DNA of 64,000 nt, from IMG/VR virus record IMGVR_UViG_3300042317_001691, positions 1 through 64,000 of that record. One strand, 5' to 3'. How positions within the stretch are numbered: position 1 is the first letter of the stretch; each line of letters starts with the position of its first letter. Source of the stretch: a virus. Its lineage: Duplodnaviria > Caudoviricetes. The notes beneath the pieces were generated by a model. It did not search any database, was not told the origin of the DNA, and was given only the letters and a program-made list of their open reading frames with translations. Of this stretch, positions 56,751 to 64,000 are shown piece by piece. The position numbers and the translations under genes were made by a program.

Positions 56751-57135
56751 CAAAGTACTACTAATCGGCAATGTTGTAAAAGACATTGAAACAAAGCAAG
56801 TTGGAAAATCTACTGTTGCTAGATTTAGATTGGCCGTGGATGACCCATATAGAGAAAAGAATACTCTCTATATTGACTGTGAAGCTTGGGGCGAACAAGC
56901 TGACTTTGTGCAGAAGTGGCTATCAAAGGGCAAGGGGGTAATTGTTGATGGTAGACTTTGCATGGATTCTTGGGAAAAAGATGGAAAAAAAGAAACCAAG
57001 TTCTTTGTAAAGGCTCAAGATATTAGATTTTCCTTTAGCCCCAAAAAAGAAGACTCTAAAAAAGAAACCTCACAAGCAAAAGAAAAACAAACTGAAAAAC
57101 AGAACGACGAAGATTTTTCTGAAGTCCCCTTTTAA
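56743..57135 (+). CDS. ssb: Single-stranded DNA-binding protein
   Basis: NKVLLIGN, CEAWG..A, VDGRL..W, acidic tail ending VPF. Confidence 0.93.
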   Translation: MYNKVLLIGNVVKDIETKQVGKSTVARFRLAVDDPYREKNTLYIDCEAWGEQADFVQKWLSKGKGVIVDGRLCMDSWEKDGKKETKFFVKAQDIRFSFSPKKEDSKKETSQAKEKQTEKQNDEDFSEVPF

Positions 57136-57137
57136 TT

Positions 57138-58202
57138 ATGAATTTAATAGTAGAAGCTCCACTCAATTCCTTGAGTTTTGGAAATGTCTCTTATAATCTT
57201 TTAAGAGAACTTTTTAAAGCAAACGTGGAAATTGCATATGTTCCGATTGGTGAACCAGACTTATCTGCGTTTCAACCCAAGCAAGAATTCATGCAGTGGC
57301 TGAATAAAGCCGCAAATAGAAGATTCGAATGCTTGGATCTTGATTTACCAACTATCAGACTTTGGCACTTAAATGGTTCGGACTTTTTAAGATCTAGAAG
57401 GCAATACTTATTGACTTTCTATGAATGCAACAACCCAACTGAGCCAGAGAAAAAGATTGCAAACATGCAAACAAAAACCTTTTTCTCTTCAGATTTCTCT
57501 AAAAATCAGTTTGATAATTCAGAAAAATTTTCTCTTGGCTTTGATGAAGATTTTCATCAAACGGGGAAAAAATATATGGAAGGAGTGATCCATTTTGGAC
57601 TGTGTGGAAAATTTGAAAAAAGAAAACATACAGAAAAAGTAATTAAAACTTGGCTAAAGAAGTATGGAAATAATCCCAAGTATCTTCTTTCGTGCTGCGT
57701 TACAAATCCGTTTGTAAAACCAGAACAGATGAACCAAATCATTGTAAATGCCTTGGAAGGAAAACATTATTCAAATATTAACTTCATTCCTTGGTTAAAA
57801 ACAAATGCGGAAGTTAATGAATTCATGAATGCAATTGATATCGATTTGACTGGAGTAAGCGGAGGAGAGGGTTGGAATTTACCAGCCTTTAATGCCACTT
57901 GTTTAGGCAAATGGAGCGTTGTATTAAACGGCACGTCTCATAAAGAATGGGCAAACCAAGACAACTCTATTCTGATCGAACCAAATGGAGAACAAGAATC
58001 TGAAGACGGGCTATTCTTCAAAAAGGGAGCGCCCTTTAATCAAGGAACCTTCTTGACCTTTGACGAAAATGAACTTGTAGCAGCAATGGAGAAAGGTGAG
58101 ACACTAGTGGGACAATACAATATGATTGGCTCAGTATTGGGACAATCTTTCACATATAAAAAATCTCTAGAAGAAATTCTCTCTAGAATCTCAATGGCAT
58201 AA
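57138..58202 (+). CDS. GT4-like glycosyltransferase
   Basis: GKFEKRKH, SGGEGWNLPAFNA. Confidence 0.78.
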   Translation: MNLIVEAPLNSLSFGNVSYNLLRELFKANVEIAYVPIGEPDLSAFQPKQEFMQWLNKAANRRFECLDLDLPTIRLWHLNGSDFLRSRRQYLLTFYECNNPTEPEKKIANMQTKTFFSSDFSKNQFDNSEKFSLGFDEDFHQTGKKYMEGVIHFGLCGKFEKRKHTEKVIKTWLKKYGNNPKYLLSCCVTNPFVKPEQMNQIIVNALEGKHYSNINFIPWLKTNAEVNEFMNAIDIDLTGVSGGEGWNLPAFNATCLGKWSVVLNGTSHKEWANQDNSILIEPNGEQESEDGLFFKKGAPFNQGTFLTFDENELVAAMEKGETLVGQYNMIGSVLGQSFTYKKSLEEILSRISMA

Positions 58203-58223
58203 AGACTGCTTTAATAAATTTAT

Positions 58224-58664
58224 ATGTATTCTGATTTCTTACCAACAATAACAACGTGTGATTTATTATCACTATTTACTCCAATTAAAGCTAATTCCCT
58301 TACGGAAGGATTTGAGAAAATTAATGGCGTTTCTTTAAAGACGACCCTTGAAAATCCCACTTCCGAATCTCAGAGTGATCATAAGTTAAAATTCAAACTG
58401 CCTGGATACGAAAAAAATGAGATTAAAATCTCTATTGAGAATTTTGATAAATCTAGAAGATATAGGGTAATTGAAGCCGCTGGCTTTTTAAAGGTCACCA
58501 TTGTAGCTCAAAACAAAGAAGAGGGCACGACTAGATATGAGGGATACTTCCCTCAATCGGTTGATGACTCAACAATTCAAGCAAAATTAAATAATGGCAT
58601 TTTGACACTAACGGCAAAAACAGATCCAAAGAAAACAAGGGAAAGAGAAATTCAAATTAGTTAA
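58224..58664 (+). CDS. Hsp20/alpha-crystallin small heat shock protein
   Basis: LPGYEKNEI.I, P.SVD..I.AKLNNGILTL. Confidence 0.85.
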   Translation: MYSDFLPTITTCDLLSLFTPIKANSLTEGFEKINGVSLKTTLENPTSESQSDHKLKFKLPGYEKNEIKISIENFDKSRRYRVIEAAGFLKVTIVAQNKEEGTTRYEGYFPQSVDDSTIQAKLNNGILTLTAKTDPKKTREREIQIS

Positions 58665-58692
58665 GGCTTCAAAAAACTTTTCTAATTAAATT

Positions 58693-58724
58693 GAAACCCG
58701 TCGAATTTGACGGGTTTCTTTTTT
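58693..58724 (+). terminator. Intrinsic terminator
   Basis: GAAACCCGTC-GAATTT-GACGGGTTTC-TTTTTT. Confidence 0.85.
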
Positions 58725-58733
58725 ATTATACGT

Positions 58734-59126
58734 ATGCCAATTTATTCTTTTATCAATAAAAAAACGGGAAAAATTATTGAAGTTTTTCAATCAATGAATG
58801 ACGTACACGAATACAAGGGGGAATCTGGAAAAGATGAAAATTGGGAAAGAGTTTTTCATATTCCGAATGCTTCAATTGATACTAAGCAAGATCCTTTTAG
58901 TGATAATCAATACCTAGACGTGACAAAAAATAAAAAAGGCACGTATGGAAACATGATTGATTACAGCAAAGAATTGAGCGAAAAAAGAGCAAGTCTAAAT
59001 GGCGGTATCGATCCCATTAAAGAAAAGCATTACGAGAATTATTCAAAACAAAGAAAAGGCGCAAAACATCCAGACAAAATGAAAAAGAGTTTTGAAAATA
59101 AACACGTAAAAATTGATTTAAGCTAA
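58734..59126 (+). CDS. FmdB-like small protein (Zn-ribbon Cys residues absent)
   Basis: MPIYSF...G..IEV.QSMND start pattern. Confidence 0.5.
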   Translation: MPIYSFINKKTGKIIEVFQSMNDVHEYKGESGKDENWERVFHIPNASIDTKQDPFSDNQYLDVTKNKKGTYGNMIDYSKELSEKRASLNGGIDPIKEKHYENYSKQRKGAKHPDKMKKSFENKHVKIDLS

Positions 59127-60293
59127 TATAACTAAATCTCCATTTGTTGATGACAATTTGTGTCCATCAGAAGAATGAAGTTTCATAAAATTTTCATCTT
59201 GGTCAGAAACTTCTAGCAGAGTAAACTTTGCTCCAGACTTATCACTTATTTCTATTGAGCACTGAATAGAATAATTTAAAAATCCATCCATTGATAATGA
59301 ATAATTAAAACTTTCTACTGTTATATTTTCAAATTTAATTTCCGAATAGTTTAATCCTAATCCACTTTTTCCAAACCTTAAGATTATATAAAATTTTGAA
59401 TCGGAATTCTTCAAAGAGGAAAGGGACTTTTCATTAAACTGTGAGGTTATACCTTGAATACTGAGTGATGCAAGACATGGAAATAGAAAAGCTCTTTCTA
59501 GTGGACTCATGCCCCTTTCAAAGAAAAAGAAATTATTCCTTTTGAAATCTAAAGAAAAATCCATTGACTGTATATTCGACGAACCTAAAACTGATAGGTC
59601 CGAAGAAGGTATCTCCAAAGACGAGTAGTCAGTTAATAATTCAAAATCTATTGCAGTTGTATTTATTTTGTCGCTGACATCAAAATTTGTTTTATAATAA
59701 AATGAATCTATCCAAGTATTTTCTAATTTTATATTATTGCCAGAAGGATCTTGTGCATAATACGTATTTGAAATATTTAAAACATTTGATATTTTAACAT
59801 CATTAAAAGAAAAAGAAAGATTGCTAATTGGAAGTTTTCCGTCTCCATAAGAAAAAGAATAACTATTTAAAAAAAGTTTTTTAAACACAAAGCATAGCAA
59901 GTCTTCTGAATATCCATTAGATCTTACTTTATATAAAATATCTTCTCCATCTTTTTCATTTAAAAATAAAATTGCAGTTTCAATGAAATTGTTTTGAAAT
60001 TTATTCAAAATGGAAGCGTTATCCTGAGAAGATGTATTTACAAATAAACCAATAAGCATTTCAAGCAAGAAATTTTTCTCTTGTATCAAAGATATATTTA
60101 AGCTGAATTCTGGATTTGTATAAAACTTTTTATTTAGATTGCTATTGCCAATTGATTTTTGAGATATCTTTTGCAGATTTGAATTCAATTCAACATTTTG
60201 TAAAAATGGAATAAATTTAAATTCTGATAAATTTGCATTAAATGCAGATCTATCAAGTGCCAAAAGCGAAGAATTGTACCTAAATAAAGACAT
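59118..60293 (-). CDS. Putative tail-tube-fold virion protein
   Basis: Repeated QxxxFS...R...PxxSLSI beta patterns; GTGTAA motif 13 nt upstream; weak family call. Confidence 0.45.
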   Translation of the reverse strand: MSLFRYNSSLLALDRSAFNANLSEFKFIPFLQNVELNSNLQKISQKSIGNSNLNKKFYTNPEFSLNISLIQEKNFLLEMLIGLFVNTSSQDNASILNKFQNNFIETAILFLNEKDGEDILYKVRSNGYSEDLLCFVFKKLFLNSYSFSYGDGKLPISNLSFSFNDVKISNVLNISNTYYAQDPSGNNIKLENTWIDSFYYKTNFDVSDKINTTAIDFELLTDYSSLEIPSSDLSVLGSSNIQSMDFSLDFKRNNFFFFERGMSPLERAFLFPCLASLSIQGITSQFNEKSLSSLKNSDSKFYIILRFGKSGLGLNYSEIKFENITVESFNYSLSMDGFLNYSIQCSIEISDKSGAKFTLLEVSDQDENFMKLHSSDGHKLSSTNGDLVILA

Positions 60294-63200
60294 TATATAT
60301 CCCCGATTACACAGATGCAAATACAAGCATCTGAATTTATTAAATAATTATAAGGATTAGAGTAAATAAAATTTGACAAATCATAATTAATCATTGCAAC
60401 ATTTTGTATTATTCTACTGCTTCCAGTCTCAGAAACGCTTGAACTTATTGCTCTAGGCAAGGTCACCGAATCAATCCAACAAACATTAGAAATAAGAGTT
60501 CCTTCTGGTGCAATAAATTTCAATCTAGTATTATTAAAATTATTTATATTATATATATAGTAATAAACTCCAGAAGTGCAATTATCAAAATCTAGTGGTT
60601 CGTAATTTTTTAATTCTAAAGTTTTTATTGGACTACAAATACAGCTTAACACATAATTAGAACTTAAATTTATAGGCTGAACACCACTAAATGTAAAGTA
60701 TTTTTCCATACAAATACATTTGCCAGACAGACTTTGAAGTATATCTTCTGAATTATAGAATAAACTTAAATTATTTCTCAGCAAAGAAAATCTAGCATCT
60801 TCTTTAAATCCAGTTGGCGTTCCAGTTATATTCCCAAATTCATCAATCAATATACAAGTTCCAGTTGATCCACCAGTAAAATTAATTGAACAAGATATAT
60901 AATTTGTATTCTCATTAAATATTTTGCAATTTAAATAAAATTCACCAGAGCAACAATTATATCCAGATTCAAAAAAAGTGATCCCAGTAGATATTGGAAA
61001 TATATAGCTATACCCATCTCCACCAGTGTGCTTAAAAGCTATAGGATTAGAGTAGTCATAATTAAAAAATGAAATTTTTTCTTCAATTAAAAAATTTCCA
61101 CTTCCACTTGGAATTATTGTATTGCACGTATAAAATTCATCTTTCAATTCCATCATAAATAAATTATATTCTGAGCTTCCATATGAAAAGCCAGTATAAT
61201 TGATTGCATGAACTACACCATTGTTTAATTCAGAAATTAAGAAAAACAAAAAATTATTCAATCCATAATTCAAATCGTCACTAAAACTAGAATATGGATT
61301 AATATAAAATTTATTATTATTTTGAATTTTTAAATAAGTATTTAAATTTAATGAAACTGACGGAGCTTCATAGCCAATTAAATTTTCATTTTTTATTTTA
61401 GGAAAATTTAAGCAAATTAGATTTGAGTCGTACTGCAGACAATTAAATGAAAATCCACTATAACAAATACAAGAATCAAAAGTATTGACAATATCAATAA
61501 CCTCATAATCATTTATTATTTTAAAATTTCTTAAATTTAACGCTTTAATTGGAAAGTCAAAGTTGATGCATTTTCCAGTTACATCTAATATAATATTGAC
61601 ATTTATATCTGGTGGATAATAAGTAATATCCCTGTATAGGATAGCGTCTACTGGATTATATCTATACTCCAATCCACTATAAGTAAAAATATTTTCACTA
61701 TTACTTAGGAATACTTGGTAGCTTTCGGAATTTAAAGCGCCAGTCTTATCGAGCAATGAATTTGTATTTTTTCTTGATTCAGAAAAATTTAAATCTACGT
61801 AAAACATTTCTGGAGAATTTCCAGTATATCCAGAATCATTTATATCAACTAATTCTATTAAATTCTCAAAGCAAGAAGCGTCAACCACAAAGCTTTCACA
61901 CCAATTCCCAGAAGATCCAGTTTCAAAAGAATAATTAAAATCTGCAAGTTCAAAACAATAAGACTGTGGAAAAATTTCGGACGGCGGAAGATATAAGTTT
62001 GAACGATTTAATGATTTTGTTTTTATATCTTTTATTGAAAAACCGCAATTTGAAACGAGACAAGATAAAGCGTTATTGCTTGAATTATTTGAAAAATTTA
62101 AAATTGAATTTCCACTTAAATTGCAACAGTATATTTCACCATTTAAAATAATACATTGGTTTGAATAGCCATCTCCTCCACTGTTTATATATTTAAAATT
62201 ATAAATTTTTTCTTCACTTGAGCTTATGTTATAATATAAACATAAGTTTAAATCATCTATAATTTCAACATTATGACCACTGTTGTATATATTGCTAGAT
62301 ATTAATCCATTCTGATTATACAAAGAAACGCAATTAATTCTTGTTAAGCCGCTTATGCAATTGAGCCCATAATTACTAGTATGATGTATTTCGCATTTAA
62401 TATCAAAATTTCCAGTTTTGCAAAAAATTAAATCCAAGGAAATTCCAGAATTCACGTATCTTTCTAATGAAAAAGTATGTGGCATTAAAGAGTCTTTGGG
62501 AAACTCTCTTGGCTGAATGAGCAATAGAGTACCGCTTCCAGAACTCAAAGATCCAGTTGGATATGAAAAATTTCCACTGACGTCTAAGGTATATGGGAAA
62601 ATACCAGTTGTGTATTTTAAAGATCTAATTCTTCCATCAAAAAAAGCGGATGGTGTATTAGTTTGGTGCGCACCCAGAACAAATTTACAATTACATATTG
62701 TTGGAGTTGGAAATATAGCACCACTAGAACAATCTAAATATGCAGTTAAAATTCCATTTATATATCCATATAAACAGCAACAATCAGAAGCTACCATTAA
62801 GTGATAAAAACATCCAGTGCTAAATGTTTCATTTGATATAGCAAAATCAACATAACTACCGCAGGCGGCTAACTGCATTCCGACTCCACCTTCACCAAAT
62901 CCCAATATAAAATAATTTCCATCTTGCCCGTTCCAAGCGCCATCGCCTCCGCCCTTCGCTATGACAAGCCCGTTGCCTGGAGAAAGCACGGTTTCCCAAG
63001 CGAAACATCCACTTAAATCAAAAAAATCATAATTCCCAGAATTAGGATCGCAAACAAAACTCAAATAGTTAGTTCCATCAAAAACCAGCGATCTATAATC
63101 CTCTAAATATAAATTTTGATTTTCAATAAAGTTGCAAGTCTTTACATTGCCTTGATTGCATAAAACTATTTGACATGATCCTTGATTTATTGGAATTGAA

Positions 63201-63769
63201 CATCCAGAAAGATATTCGTAAGAATATATTGGAAAGCATAAAGAGCAAACGTCAGAATAAAAAGCGTTACTAATCAATAAACTTGAATCGCAAATAAAAT
63301 TATTTAAATTTTTATATTCATAAAAAAATCCAAATGGATGATGGGATTTTGAATAGTACCTTGAGCCATCTTTATCAACATTTATTGTGAAAAATGCAGA
63401 CTCATTTTTCTTTAATAAATAATTACATTTTTCAAAATCGTAGACCCCAGAAGACGAATAACAAGAGTAATCCACAAATCCGCTGCTAATTGGTAGCGAA
63501 GAAAAATTAAAATATAAATTGCAAGGACCATTATTTTTAAAAAATAAAAATGCATTATTTGAGTTATTCAAAAAAATAGGTTGACCTAATTCAGCATCTG
63601 ACAAAAAAACACAAGTGTCTTGCGTTGAGCAAATCAAATTATATTTTGGCGATAATGAATAATCTACTGATACTTGCCCACCAGAATAAATTGAATTAGC
63701 AAAATATAAATCTTTACTAATTTCATCAAAATCCCAATTTACAGATATTTGTTTTAAACAATCGTTCAT
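60293..63769 (-). CDS. Large Cys-rich virion/fibre-like protein with a LamG (ConA-like) domain
   Basis: LVFDG..YL, AWE, FYHLMV..YGYING, FDGRIRSLKYT resemble LamG motifs. Confidence 0.65.
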   Translation of the reverse strand: MNDCLKQISVNWDFDEISKDLYFANSIYSGGQVSVDYSLSPKYNLICSTQDTCVFLSDAELGQPIFLNNSNNAFLFFKNNGPCNLYFNFSSLPISSGFVDYSCYSSSGVYDFEKCNYLLKKNESAFFTINVDKDGSRYYSKSHHPFGFFYEYKNLNNFICDSSLLISNAFYSDVCSLCFPIYSYEYLSGCSIPINQGSCQIVLCNQGNVKTCNFIENQNLYLEDYRSLVFDGTNYLSFVCDPNSGNYDFFDLSGCFAWETVLSPGNGLVIAKGGGDGAWNGQDGNYFILGFGEGGVGMQLAACGSYVDFAISNETFSTGCFYHLMVASDCCCLYGYINGILTAYLDCSSGAIFPTPTICNCKFVLGAHQTNTPSAFFDGRIRSLKYTTGIFPYTLDVSGNFSYPTGSLSSGSGTLLLIQPREFPKDSLMPHTFSLERYVNSGISLDLIFCKTGNFDIKCEIHHTSNYGLNCISGLTRINCVSLYNQNGLISSNIYNSGHNVEIIDDLNLCLYYNISSSEEKIYNFKYINSGGDGYSNQCIILNGEIYCCNLSGNSILNFSNNSSNNALSCLVSNCGFSIKDIKTKSLNRSNLYLPPSEIFPQSYCFELADFNYSFETGSSGNWCESFVVDASCFENLIELVDINDSGYTGNSPEMFYVDLNFSESRKNTNSLLDKTGALNSESYQVFLSNSENIFTYSGLEYRYNPVDAILYRDITYYPPDINVNIILDVTGKCINFDFPIKALNLRNFKIINDYEVIDIVNTFDSCICYSGFSFNCLQYDSNLICLNFPKIKNENLIGYEAPSVSLNLNTYLKIQNNNKFYINPYSSFSDDLNYGLNNFLFFLISELNNGVVHAINYTGFSYGSSEYNLFMMELKDEFYTCNTIIPSGSGNFLIEEKISFFNYDYSNPIAFKHTGGDGYSYIFPISTGITFFESGYNCCSGEFYLNCKIFNENTNYISCSINFTGGSTGTCILIDEFGNITGTPTGFKEDARFSLLRNNLSLFYNSEDILQSLSGKCICMEKYFTFSGVQPINLSSNYVLSCICSPIKTLELKNYEPLDFDNCTSGVYYYIYNINNFNNTRLKFIAPEGTLISNVCWIDSVTLPRAISSSVSETGSSRIIQNVAMINYDLSNFIYSNPYNYLINSDACICICVIGDI

Positions 63770-63770
63770 A

Positions 63771-64000
63771 CTATATTACATAATAATATTGATTATTATC
63801 AATTAAAATATTTGGGTTGGGATCTTCGGAAAATAAAACGTCAATATCGTGGCAATTTTTATATTTGAATACGTGACTCCATTCCGTGCAAATAAAAACC
63901 TTCTTTTGATTAAAGAAAACTGGAAAGTCATAAATGAATCTTCTGTATCCGCATTTTTTTTCCAAAAAGAACAAAATCGATAGACACTCATCATCATCTA
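63771..64000 (-). CDS. Partial hypothetical protein (5' end outside the window)
   Basis: Frame stays open to the window edge (DDDECLSILFFLEKKCG...). Confidence 0.6.
   Translation of the reverse strand, partial: DDDECLSILFFLEKKCGYRRFIYDFPVFFNQKKVFICTEWSHVFKYKNCHDIDVLFSEDPNPNILIDNNQYYYVI

Noticed and set aside
178-63997. Many short antisense or nested ORFs in the track (for example 897-1160, 11385-11669, 12043-12363, 36429-36722, 43219-43542, 53081-53389, 62517-62804)
   Set aside because: They lie opposite well-supported genes, lack recognisable motifs, and are expected by chance

Overview
An AT-rich 64-kb segment of a large tailed dsDNA phage genome; no host housekeeping context, rRNA, CRISPR array or transposase is visible. 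From start to end it carries: a LAGLIDADG homing endonuclease; a T4 beta-glucosyltransferase-like gene; two Tat-signal DUF1501 genes, which point to a Planctomycetes/Verrucomicrobia-type host (inference); dCMP deaminase; five tRNAs (Cys, Thr, Tyr, Asn, initiator Met) with two tandem copies of an unassigned structured RNA between them; a GH46-like lytic enzyme; GMP reductase; a lambda-like tail-tip module (L, K, two I, and a very large J split over two frames); about nine glycosyltransferase-like genes plus gmd and three methyltransferases; Cys-rich fibre-like proteins; a ClpC-like ATPase; a replication block (DnaE split into PHP and core with a DEDDh exonuclease between them, PD-(D/E)XK nuclease, primase, DnaB, RecA); class I RNR, dUTPase, dNMP kinase, a sigma factor, SSB and Hsp20. 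Two promoter classes are visible: sigma70-like, and a GTGTAA motif usually 8-13 nt upstream of starts. The best leads are the duplicated ncRNA with compensatory base changes, the DUF1501 pair, the glycosylation/DNA-glucosylation gene set, the tripartite polymerase and the split J gene. All family assignments come from motif recognition by eye; no database search was run.
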